Assembly (NCBI GenBank): GCA_047495785.1
Contig: JBLDXI010000024.1
Coordinates: forward strand, 1,302,001-1,366,000
Direction of reading: 5' to 3'
From: Lepidodermella squamata
Lineage: Eukaryota; Animalia; Gastrotricha
DNA length: 64,000 nucleotides
Position 1 is the first letter of the stretch, and every line of letters begins with the position of its first letter. Shown here piece by piece: positions 48,942 to 60,700 of this stretch. Below the pieces are notes generated by a model, which saw only the letters and a program-made list of their open reading frames with translations, searched no databases and was not told the origin of the DNA. Both the position numbers and the translations under genes were made by a program.

Positions 48942-50262
48942 ATGACTTTCCTCGACTTTGAAAAGCGATGTTTCCTACTTGTAACTCTGACAGCATCAGT
49001 GATCGGCTTGTATATCGCCGTAGCCTTACTACAATTTCCATCGAACAACATTCTTTACGTTCAGCAAAACTGGCATGAACACACGTTCATTGTCAGCGTA
49101 GGCAAGGATGATGCCGGAAAGTCAAACGGAACCATCAATCGAATCAAGGCATTGGCTGGAACCACCCAACGGACGGTCGCAATAACCAGGCAATTCTTAA
49201 ATGAATCAGCAGCGGATACGAATGAAACGTCTGGCGATAAACAGCTTGAAGATATGTTTGTGGAGCGGCGAAAATGGAAGCTGAAAGCGTGCCAAATGTA
49301 CTTTGGGTTATCACCGCGAAATAATTACGAGCTGTCAATTAAGGGCTATCGCAGGACGGTAGCATTTCGTCATCTGATGGTCGATGATAAACACAAAATC
49401 ATTTTCTGCGCGTAAATATTTTCTCTTCCCATAATTCTTGTTTTTATGGATTTTTTCTAGGATTCCTAAAGTAGCATCAACGACATGGCGACTATTTTTT
49501 CTACGACTCGGTCGAGGCGTGAAGAATCTTGTTGAGGATGTGGAGGACTGGAACTCCACCTGGCCTTATTTGAGATCTCTGTCTACTTACTTGAGCGAAG
49601 ACTACGACAAGTTTTGGACCCGTATTAAAACTTACAAAAAGGTTGTGTGGGTTCGCGATCCTCTTCAGCGGCTTCTTTCAGCTTGGCGGAGTAAATTTCA
49701 AACCAAAAATGCTTTCTACTGGAAGGTTGATCGAAAATAATTCATGTAACATAAAGTTGACATTATTTTTTTCAGGCATTCGGGAGGTCGATATTGGAGA
49801 GATATCACAAAGGTGACAAAAATTATACGGCTTTGAAAGCTGCTGGTGGCCCTGTTCCTTTGAAAGACTTTTTCCAATATCTGAAGGACCAAAGGACGAT
49901 AACGGATGTTCACTGGGAAAAATATTACAAGTATTATTTTGAAGTTAACATTAAATTGCTTTCAAATTCAAATTGAGTTCAGGCTGTGTCTTCCTTGTCA
50001 TCTCAATTACGACTACATCGGTCATTTAGATGGAGGTATTAAGGAGGCCAACTATGTGCTGGAAAAACTTACTGGCCAGAACGAAATTCTGCTTCCACAC
50101 AGCTTGGAAACGCGCGAAAAACTACTGAATCAAACAGTGGCTCAGCTGAGCACCGTTCCTAAAGATTTAATATTTTCAGTCCTCAAAAACTACAACATTG
50201 ATTACGCATTATTTGGCTATTCGTTCCCTCAGAAGTTTGAAGATTTTTTTCGAACGTCGTGA
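48942..50262 (+). CDS. Carbohydrate sulfotransferase, tandem copy 3 (4 exons)
   Basis: IPKVASTTWR; WVRDPLQRLLSAW; DVHW; DYALFGY. Confidence 0.9.
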
Positions 50263-50475
50263 TATATCTTGTTGCCAAGTAAAATTGATCGAGCTTCTTA
50301 TCGAGCGTGAAGGTGGTGGTTACAACTAAAAAATTCGCATGCGCAGGACGTGCGATCAATAACACGCACCACGCATCAGCACAATAACCTGACCTATTTT
50401 TTTTTACAAAGGTCTCGACAAAAAACACGAACCCACTGCTACGTAGATGAATGAAAGCGCGGCAGCTGGAAGTTA

Positions 50476-51700
50476 ATGGCCTTTAATTTTTTTGCTTTCG
50501 AACAGAGATGCTTCTTGTTATCCGTAGTCCTTGGAACGTCGATGATTTTCTTGATGATCGCCCTTTTTGAGGGCGTAGCGAGGACAACATCTGTGAGTGC
50601 TCCAACACTGATAATCCTATGGAGAGATAACGTCAAGGAGAAAAGGCGAGTTCCCCTCATCCAAATGGTCAATGAGACGTATGAAACCGAACCCAAGACC
50701 ACTACTGCAGTAGCCACCACAAAAACTGCGTCGAAAGATGAATTGTTGGAAGTTACATTTGCCCTGAGACGGCAACAAGTCAAAAACGCATGTGCAAGGC
50801 ACATTCCTTACCAGAACAATGGTGCATCACCACTGTCTATCATAAGACTGAACGTAAACTTGTTCGCTCAGCGGCACATTTTAATCGACGATGAGCACAA
50901 AGTTTTGTTCTGCTCGTAAGTGTAATTAAAGCACAAACCAACCGTGATAATTCTGATGTCGTTTGCAGAATTCCAAAAGTCGGATCGACAACTTGGCGGC
51001 AGTTTTTCGTGCGACTCGGCAAAAACCAGCCTGATATTGAACCTGATGTTCAAGAAGACTGGAATTCAACAGCGCCCTACCTCAAACCGTTGTACATGTT
51101 TTTCAAAGAGAACCAAGACTACCTGTGGACCCGAATAAGCTCGTATAAGAAGGTCATATGGGTTCGTGACCCTTGGCAGCGGCTGCTGTCAGCTTGGCGT
51201 AACAAATTTTTCGAGGGAAATGGTTACTATTGGAAGACATACGGCATACCTATCGCTAAAACATACGGCGACGAACGGCTCAATCAAACTGTTAGGGAAA
51301 TTGGTGGGCCGTTGCCACTTGAATATTTCCTTAAATACCTCACTGGTCCCAAGCCGATTACTGACGTGCATTGGGAACCATTTTACAAGTAATAGAATTG
51401 ACGTCTTTGAACAGCATATTTGAACTAATTATTTTATGTAGGATGTGCCTCCCTTGCCTCATAGATTATGACTACATCGGCCACCTTGAAGGTGGAGAGG
51501 ATGAAGCTAATTACGTGATTAAGCGAACGACAAAGCAAGACAACGTGCTGATGAAACACAAATCTTTAGAGCTGGTAACGCAAGCGCATGAATCGACAAG
51601 GCAACAGGTTGCGAATATCAATTCAGTGATGCTGCATACAGCTGTTGAAAAGTACAGGATCGATTTTGAGATGTTTGGCTATGATCCACCGGTATTTTAG
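50476..51700 (+). CDS. Carbohydrate sulfotransferase, tandem copy 4 (3 exons)
   Basis: IPKVGSTTWR; WVRDPWQRLLSAW; DVHWEP; DFEMFGY. Confidence 0.9.
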
Positions 51701-52061
51701 GCTTCTTGAGTTGTTATACTAATTTGATTCTCATTGACTATGACCCGGTTTTTAGCAACTTCTCAATTTTTATCTTTCGAGATTACAATTTATTAAATCT
51801 CTATACATTTTTCATAGTTCATAACGACGTATGAATAAAACATTCTTTGGACTCAAGGCTTGTCTAGTTGCTAAGTTGACGGATATAACGGGTTTCTCTC
51901 AAGCAAAAGCCAGTAGCATGGAATGAATAATAAATAACTAGCATATATTGGAATATCGATAGCTGGTTTTTTCGAACAATGCCACAAGGGTAGCTCATAC
52001 GCGTCAATATGAGTACAACGCTACTTTCCAAGAATGCACTGGACATTTTTTCTCGCCAGTT

Positions 52062-53494
52062 ATGAGCTCACATTGCCATGAGAGGGCAACTTACCTGCTG
52101 ATTCTCTTTAGCGCTTTCAGTTTGCTGGTATTTATCCTAAATGTTGACTCGGACAGAATTTCGCCCAAATCCAAAGCCTTGCATATTTTTAACGAGACCA
52201 GGGCTCCAGTAACTTCTGTTGTCAATGCAACGCTCGAAAAAAGGTTCGCTGGTCGGCGAGAGGCCGTTCGAAAAGCCTGCTCGAAGTACTACGACCTAAA
52301 TCGGCTCTCATCCTTGGAAGCTTTCAAACGAACCTTCGCCTTTCGGCACATCCTAATCGATGAGCGGCATAAAATATTATTCTGCGCGTAATTATTTCCC
52401 AGAGCAATTTTTGGGTGAACCTCTGAAATTCTCTATCGCAGGATTCCGAAAGTTGCTTCGACAACATGGCGAAGATTCTTTGTTAGGCTGGGTTCAAATA
52501 ACAAGTATTTCAATGAGAGTCTCGAAGATTGGAACGCTACTTGGCCCTACGTGAAGCCTCTTGCGGCCATCGTGGCTGAGGGAAACTTCACTTGGGCATG
52601 GGACAAAATTCAGAACTTCACAAGGGTGATGTGGGTGAGGAATCCTATGGATCGTTTGTTGTCCGCTTGGCGAAACAAATTTCAGCTTCACAGCGATTAC
52701 TATTGGAATGTAAGTTGCTGCTTACAACTTTAGTAAAGCAAACAACCCAGACGAAAATCAGTAGACCGAGAGCTCAGTAGATCGTACGTAGATCCAAAAG
52801 GCAAAATATCCGTCCAAAATTGTTGTTTTTCCGACCTATTGTCGATCTATTAAACTGGATCTACGGGCATCGATCCTGTGTAGGTCCTAATTTTACCATT
52901 CGATCTACGTAGGGTCGAACCCTTACGATCTACCCCAGTGTCAAATTTAGATCGAGCCATGGTCTACTTTTTTTCGACTGGGAACTAATTATGAAGGTTT
53001 TCGCAGGTTTTTGGAAAAATCATTACTTATAAATATCATCAGAATGATAGCAGCTACGCTGACCGCCTCAAAGTAGGGGGTCCTGTCGATCTCTTAGACT
53101 TTTTTCGTTACATCACTGGCCTTGGTACGCAAGTGGACGTCCATTGGGAAAAATTTCATAAGTTGGTAACCCTGCTCTGCGAATCAAAAGCAGTTTCAAA
53201 ATATCCTATTTTTAAAGGATGTGTCTTCCTTGCCATCTAAATTACAACTACATTGGTCGCCTTGAAGGCGGCTCCGTGGAGGCTAATTACCTAATTCGCC
53301 GGCTAACAGGGCAAAACGACATTCTTCTCCCTCACGATAATGGAGAGATGTCGGAAAATGTACGCAAAGCTGCTGAGTTACAATTGAAATCAATCCCTAA
53401 GTCACTTCTCAAAAAGGTTTACCGCCGTTACAACACAGATTTCAACATTTTCGGCTATAAATTACCAGTGTTTGTTTTCGAACCATGGAAATGA
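52062..53494 (+). CDS. Carbohydrate sulfotransferase, tandem copy 5 (4 exons)
   Basis: IPKVASTTWR; WVRNPMDRLLSAW; DVHW; DFNIFGY. Confidence 0.9.
52746..52982. mobile_element. MITE with CCCAG termini (CACTA/EnSpm-like), 2 bp AA TSD, intronic
   Basis: cccagacgaaaatcagtagacc / ggtctactttttttcgactggg; internal gtagatc/gatctac repeats. Confidence 0.75.
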
Positions 53495-54097
53495 ATGCGC
53501 GAAGGTGTGAAAAACTGACGATGTTTACGAAATGAAGTCGTGACTAAATTGGAACAAACTTTGTCTTTGACTTCCTATCTACAATTCTACGTCTAATCAC
53601 TCATCGGAAACAGCATGTTTGTTTCAAGCCTTAGCACTTAGCAGCAGGTATCATTTTCAAGCTTCAGTCTAAAAACATCTGGATATTTCTTTTCCGAAGT
53701 AAAAAAAACAGTCTAGGTAAACTTCTTGCATCCTGCACGCTGAAAGCAAAAAAACAAGATGCAACGTACAATTCAGATTATCAACCGACAGGTTAGATCA
53801 TCATAACATGAAAACAAGTTCTTTCAAGTGTGGAGGAGACAATTTATCTCTCCTGCATGTTTTGTGTCACCCTTAACGAGATCATCTGTTGACCTAGAGA
53901 AACGTAACAACTCAGACATTTCTACACTCGTTATTTTATTCAAAAAATCCTAAATTATTACTAAACTAAGGTTAGTTGATCAAAAGTAAGAGAAATAATA
54001 AGTTGGACAAACCAGCCGTCAGTTTCAAAAGAACAAAATCTCGGCACAATGAGGTTACAAACTACAAAACGTCTGAGGCTACTAGTTTCATTCAGAT

Positions 54098-54529
54098 TTA
54101 CGCCTTCGGATCCTGGGTGTTCAACATTGACTTCATCTTCTCCAGAGCAGCCATTCGCCGCTGTTGGGCAAGCTTCTGTTCCAATGTTACAGGAACAACC
54201 TGCTTCTGCAGTACCACTTTCGGAGCTGTTCGAGCTTTATTTAGCGAAATAGATCCACGCATGTAAGTTTGCTGGACACGAGGGTTGGTTCGCTCCTCGG
54301 CCTGTTCAGCAGCTCTGTTCTTTTGCAGCTGGATCATTGTTTGCCAAAATTGCTCTAGAGTGAAAAACTCGTGAAAAGGAGTAGGTAGAGTTAAGGTGTA
54401 ATTACGTTTAATTTCTGGAACCGATAGCTCGCCACCTTTGAAGGCTCCTGGAGTGTAGGCAGATACCACTGCACCAACGAATACTACTACAACTGCAACG
54501 TTCAGTGCACAAAAATGAATTGCGGCCAT
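54098..54529 (-). CDS. Orphan secreted protein (~143 aa)
   Basis: Signal peptide MAAIHFCALNVAVVVVFVGAVVSA; Q/K-rich helical body; single exon. Confidence 0.65.
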   Translation of the reverse strand: MAAIHFCALNVAVVVVFVGAVVSAYTPGAFKGGELSVPEIKRNYTLTLPTPFHEFFTLEQFWQTMIQLQKNRAAEQAEERTNPRVQQTYMRGSISLNKARTAPKVVLQKQVVPVTLEQKLAQQRRMAALEKMKSMLNTQDPKA

Positions 54530-55103
54530 TTTTCTAAGAGACAGAAACAGTTTATTCTCGAGTTGATAAATACTGATATTGCGAGACTTTGTGGGCAAAA
54601 ATACTAATGTCTCAAGAGTGTGAAGAGGCGAGTTTTAAAAAGATAGCATCAATAGGATGCGGTCTGCTTCCGCCACGAGGCGTCAAAGTGCGCCTGCCCG
54701 CTGAGCACGCGGCGCCTAATTAAGCGTGAACTTCAGTTTGTAAAACCGCTTCTCAATTGCGTGGTCCTGAAAAAACAAGTTGCAATACAGACATTTCATT
54801 TGATTGATCAACAACACACTGCCTTGTCTGCGACAAAAATTCAGATCGATCTCGGTTCAATGCTAGTAAATCAATTTGCCGCTTGGTTAATTTGAATATT
54901 AAATTTAAGTCTTTGGCCCGCATACCCCTCATGGCCAGCGGAAGGAAAATTGGGATGTGTTAAATGAATGAGGAAATAAACGTGAGCAGCAACCTCACAC
55001 CTTAATCATAATCACAGCAGTAATTATCGATCACAACTCCACCTTCGGTATTTACGAGAATATGGCACACCCACAAATATTGTAAAATAAGCATAGCTGT
55101 AGC

Positions 55104-56336
55104 ATGCGGTCGACCATGAGAAGACTTGCATTCAACATCATACACTACCCATGCCGTAGTACTCTAATAATCATTTTAATCACTTTGGCTTTAATGATTT
55201 TGGTATGGAACTACTCTATTCAATACCAGCGCGAGGCCTTAGCCCGAGCCATTCAGGAGAGAAAAGAGTTTGCTGCTTCAGTTTTTCACCCGCCGAAGAA
55301 GACTCGCAAACCCGTGAATAAACCCGTGCTGCCGCCGTCGCCAAGAAAATTTACCACTGGAATTCCAGACTTTGAAGATGAAGCAGTAAAGGTCAGTTTT
55401 ATCCCATGTTCAAACTCAAAATACTTAAACCCTGATTTTCCTGTCAAGCTTTCTCCGGATGAAATCGAACGGCGATTGAATGAAAGGCGCAACTTGTCAG
55501 CTCAGGTTTGCAAGGATAAATTTGGCTTCACCCCACTGAAATATCGGAATCTCAGCCCGTATCGAAGGCTCAAATCTTTCAGTTCAATCTTAGTTCATGA
55601 CGAACTCCAGCTAATCTTCTGCTCTGTGGCTAAAGTTGCGTCAACGAAATTCAAGAAGATGTTGATTCTTCTCAGCTCGGCGACAAATTTCTCATACCCG
55701 GAAGACATTAACGACTTGAAAGTACACGATGAGACAAAATATGGACTCGCCTGGCCTTACTTCAGACCGTTGTCTCATTTTACGGAAAAGGAAGCAGAGT
55801 TGAGGTTTCAACGGTATCGCAAAGTCATGTTTGTGCGGAATCCCTACGAGCGTGCAGTCGATGCTTGGATGAGTAATTTCAGTCATGTTGACGTGACGAA
55901 ATTGCTTAAAAACTCCGACCTTAAGGCTGACGTAGTTCCTCTGAATAAGAAAAAACTCGAAATACCTTACGTGGAGCCGAAGAAAAGCCGCGGCAACCTG
56001 CCGGAATTCACATCTTTCTCGCAATACATTGGCTACCTGGGAAAAACTGATTTGACATCTGAGCTTGAAATTTGGTACAGCCATTACTACGACCACTGCC
56101 TTAATTGTGTAGCCGACTACGATTATATTGGGAAATTAGAGAGTGAAGAAGAAATCGAACATATTTCGAAGAGAATCGCCCTTTTTTCTTACAGTAAAGT
56201 TTCCTTCAAGAAATCTGATATTGCTTCAAACTCGCTTTCTAATGCCTATCGTCAGATGCTGTCACAAATCTCACTACCTGATCTAGAAGCTTTCTCTGAA
56301 AAATACAAAACTGATGCAAAAATGTTTGGTTATTGA
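55104..56336 (+). CDS. Intronless divergent carbohydrate sulfotransferase-like protein
   Basis: TM anchor; FCSVAKVASTKFK; FVRNPYERAVDAW; C..C...YDYIGKLE; DAKMFGY. Confidence 0.88.
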   Translation: MRSTMRRLAFNIIHYPCRSTLIIILITLALMILVWNYSIQYQREALARAIQERKEFAASVFHPPKKTRKPVNKPVLPPSPRKFTTGIPDFEDEAVKVSFIPCSNSKYLNPDFPVKLSPDEIERRLNERRNLSAQVCKDKFGFTPLKYRNLSPYRRLKSFSSILVHDELQLIFCSVAKVASTKFKKMLILLSSATNFSYPEDINDLKVHDETKYGLAWPYFRPLSHFTEKEAELRFQRYRKVMFVRNPYERAVDAWMSNFSHVDVTKLLKNSDLKADVVPLNKKKLEIPYVEPKKSRGNLPEFTSFSQYIGYLGKTDLTSELEIWYSHYYDHCLNCVADYDYIGKLESEEEIEHISKRIALFSYSKVSFKKSDIASNSLSNAYRQMLSQISLPDLEAFSEKYKTDAKMFGY

Positions 56337-56646
56337 AATAAAAAATTGACCTCCTTTTAACACAATTTGCGTAAGATTTATTGTCAATGAGAAGTAAAAT
56401 TTGTTTTGCTAAAAGAACCGTCATTTTCTTTCACAACATCATTATCAAGGAATATCGATCAATATTGCCATAAATAACGAGAATACTTCGCCATTCTTCT
56501 CCTTTGTTCGTCGATATTAAAATAGCGCGCGGTGAAAATAACGAAGATTAAATGCATTGGAATTTATCATTGGGACTCATTTCAGCAGGTGATTTTCGTA
56601 CATAACAACAGACATTCAGTATATTTTGCGTAAATAAGTTGTTATT

Positions 56647-57798
56647 TCATTGTTGAGCTGGGCACCGCTTCTGACGGCGAGCACTCACGCCGGATCGACT
56701 TGTGACGGGCGAGTTTGATGATGACGACGACGAGTCAGAGGCTACGGAGGCGTGCTCAGCTTGTTCCGCCGCCTGCTCGCCTGGTGGGCGGCGCTTAATA
56801 CGTGCCCAAAGTGTCATATGAGGGTCCGTTGCGAAATCGAACAAAACTTTAGTCCATGAGTGGTGGCATGGTAAATTGTTGTAGTATTCCGACGCTATTT
56901 TCGACACCTCAGGAAGCAGGCGTCCTGGGATGTTCGGGAAGTCGTGATGTTCGTTATGGTAGCCCACATTGTGCGTCAAAAAGTTAAGCGGACCGTAATA
57001 CGAGTATGTCTCGTAGCCCTTGACAAACATGTAATGCTCGGCAATGAAATGTCCCGAAATTGGGTGGATGCCATATCCCGAGAAGCTGCTCATCACGAAG
57101 TAGACAAGCGACTTCCAGCTGAAGAAGTAAACAATTGCGGCGTTAAAAGACGTCTGAATGAACAAATTGACCAATTCGTGGGCGTTCATAAGCTGGGGAT
57201 AGACAATCATCGGACGAAGACCGTAAGCCCAAGGCTGGAGTGAAAGCCAGAGCAGCTTGCCAAAAGTTCCTGTGAATGTCCTCGCCTCCCATTCAGTTGG
57301 CAAATCAGTGTCGTAGTACATATTGCCCTGATTCTTGTGATGGGCAAGGTGGTATTTTTTGAAGGAAGAAGCAGCGGGGAATGCGATGGGAAGATTCGCT
57401 AAATAGGCTAGGAAGCGATTTGAAGTGCAATGCCGTAGTCCGAAGGCTAGATTGTGAGCCAATTCATGCATAGCCAGAGAAAGGGAGTGATTGCAAGTTC
57501 CTCCGATGCAGTAAGCGACGACGAGAAGATTGAAAATGTCGGCATCGCGCATGATGTAAGCAACAATTATTTGCACGGTAACTAGGCCGAAAACCCAGTA
57601 AGCGAGTTTTTGGTCTGATCCCATGAGCTTCTGAAGTTTTGGAGCGTATTCTTTTTCTGGGAGAAAAATTGATGATTAAGGAGGATTAAATGATGACAAT
57701 TGTGGCTTACTGAGCATTTCCTTCCTGCGGGACAGATGAGGCTCCTCATTTGCCTGCCACAGAAAGTCTTCTGGGTGAGGCTCGGCGTCCGCAACCAT
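56647..57798 (-). CDS. DEGS1: Sphingolipid delta(4)-desaturase / C4-hydroxylase (DEGS family), 2 exons
   Basis: DFLW...EEPH..RRKEML N-terminal motif; His boxes HELAH, HLAHH, HNEHH; HPISGHFIAEHY; ETYSYYGPLN; DFPNIPG. DEGS1 versus DEGS2 cannot be resolved here. Confidence 0.93.
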
Positions 57799-60700
57799 TT
57801 TTTTAACAATCCGTCTAATAAAATTGTTATAAAAATTGTAAAAGATAAAGTCTGACTGTGCAGATAACACGTTGAGCTTATTAATGCTTGTTATCTAAAC
57901 GAACGTGGGTGAAAATCGAGATATGGAATACGAAATGAGATGCCCTTTGCTCAGCTGCTAATTATCGCGACTAATAAGGCCATAGCGATGCATCGGGAAT
58001 GGCCCAGAAAGACCTGTGTTCCGGCATATTTGCCAGTGCTATTAGTGTGTCAAATGTCGTCTTAGGCCATCTCTTATGGTAAAGCGGTGCGCGTACAGTG
58101 GCGTGATACCGCCGCATACAACGCCGGCATCGTAGTAAAATCGCAAGTGGGAACCTAATTCATACATGTGCAGCATGGCCTCGCGCGTCTATAAGCCATA
58201 GCAGTGTTTATCGTTGTGGTCTTCACTGCCGTTTTTAACGGCTAGATGACTGCCCTTATACGCGGTGCGTTGTCTGTAAGCAGTATTTTGTGCGCGGCAC
58301 ATTCGGCTTCAGTCATTCATAACAACACTGCTGAGCTGAGGCCGCTGGTGGAACTGTGTTGCACATGATGTAGCGTAGTAAAAGTAATTTTTAACAATGA
58401 GCATGGGCGCTTTTCATGCTGCTGGCGAGGCCGTGCGTGGATGCTGCCGGCGCTACTATTGTTTTAGCTTATTCTCTTTCCCGCGTGGTTAATAACCAGC
58501 TAATAAAAATATGACTGCAACAGCACATGCGACGTGTACGCGGGGCTGTGTAACAAAGCAATTGTCGGCATTTTTTTGTAATTTTTCTATTCAAATTGGT
58601 TCGGTTGTTTCAAGAATGGAGAGATTATTATTGTAGATGAAAGATGAAAAAAAAATCCGCGAGTTGGCCGTTTTACACACGCTAACTTTTTATGAATGAG
58701 AGGCGTAGGCTTCGTGTTCACCCACGCTGCCTCTCTTATTTCACAGCAAAAAATTAGCATCTTGAGTCTGCTTCATTACTCACAACTATTGGCCACTTCA
58801 TGTTCAAAAATCGTAAATAAAATTTAAAATAATCTAGTTGATTTTTGAATAGCGGCCGGGCAATGAGACGCCGCAGCTGCGAAGCTTCCATAATATTATT
58901 TCCTCGAAACAAATAATGAGCTAGAAGTGTTTATAGAGCAAAACATCAGCAAGTTGGACTTAGCACCTCATTAAAAAACGCGGTGTCCTAATAGCACGTC
59001 TTATGGGCCGAGCAGGTTTCAAGTTATGGCTCTGTAATAAATCAACGCTTGGCACGAAACGCAATTTCAAAAGTTGAACTCAATAAGTGGGCATCTGCGG
59101 GTGTGTTTAGACATCGCGAAAGCACAAGAAACGGTCAAAAGCAATTAAATTGGTTCAATGTGAGTAGATAACTATGTCATGATATTGGGAAAATATCGCA
59201 AAATTTATTCAAAATTTATTTTCGCTCAATCTTGACCTGTTTTCCAAAAAACTCGTTTCCATTGTACCGGAGAGGGGTAAAAATTTGACAGGTACAAGTT
59301 TGACAACTTTTTTCTACCTAATGGCCTACCTGCGGTTGACTTCCTAAATTTGTGGAAAAAATATCTAAAAAATCCTTCGGCTCCTGTTGATTAAGGGTAT
59401 CAACCTGCAAAGTAGCGATTTTGAGGTACAATTTTGACAACTCAAAAAACTACGTTGAAAGACTTATTAACCGATTTTCAAATGGTACTTCGATGAGGCC
59501 TGTCTCATGTAGATAATTCTAGATTTTTTTTCCAAAATTCTAGAACCGTTCGTTTATTTTTGGTGAAGTTACAAAGCAACACCTTGAAAACAGCGTTTTA
59601 AAACAAAAAATTCTAACATCAAATAAAAAATTCAATTTTCACCACGCACACGATGAATCACTGCTGACGCTAGATGATCAAGTTGAAAAAGGGGCATTAC
59701 CATAGAGTAGTCAAAGTTGTATCAGCTTGTCAAAATTGTACCTTTCTTTCGGGCCATTTTTCTCAGGTGAATTACCTGGATCAGGCCGTGGAAAAATTAC
59801 AACAATTATGCCCAGGACAAGGAGGTTCTAACGGTGTAAAAATTTGGAAAGAATTCACCTGAATTGATTTTCTGGAATTTTTTACAAAGTTTTACCTTTT
59901 TGTTGTCAACATTTCCCCGGTATAAATTTGCGTGTAAAACCAAGTGATGGATGATGATAATAAGATCCAAATACGCATCAAACACAAAGAGACTCGGACT
60001 TTAAACACCCTGACTGCAAACAAGCAAGTTATTATAGGTGGGATGCGAGATGGCATCTCAACAAAAAATGGAAGAAATATTCGAAATTTTGCGTAAAATA
60101 GTTCATAATAATTTTTCTTCAAATAAGAGTGGAATGTAGCCAAGTTACCGATTTTTCCGGTCAAGGTCCGATTTCAACCTGTCATCTATCAGCCCGCTCA
60201 GTCGTTTATCGGATGCGAGAATCGCCACTTATAAAATAATCCTCGAATTTTTGTGAAAACATGTAAACCAACCCTTTCATTCTCGAATTTAGGTACTGCG
60301 ATTTATTTACAGAATTTTTAAAGCAAACGATAAAACTGGGTTATAATTAGGCATTTCTTCGTAATTTCATGTCCCGTTCCGGTATTAGCACGATTTTAGC
60401 GTGAAATTTAAATAATAAATGTCCCGAATAATTCGTTGACTAATCTCATCTTTGAATAGCATCGCGCCCTAATTTCGGCCCCTTTTTATATTATTAAACC
60501 TTCGCGAGCCAAGTTAATTTTTCAAAAATAAATGGCAATAACCATATTCTAGCGGCGATATTAAGCTTGAAAACGCCGGTTTCCACACGCCTGTACAATT
60601 TTCGGTAAATTTCCACAGATTTTCGGCGTCTAGTCACCCGGATCTATATATAGATAACTCGGAACTATCATAGGCGATGATGCTCCATTAACATTTTTTG

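Noticed and set aside
19025-57243. Numerous antisense or shifted ORFs overlapping the GPCR, arrestins, transposase, CHSTs and DEGS
   Set aside because: Shadow ORFs of real coding sequence with no independent evidence.
59285-59745. ggtacaa.tttgacaa motifs in direct and inverted orientation
   Set aside because: Probably an old MITE remnant, but termini and TSD cannot be supported.
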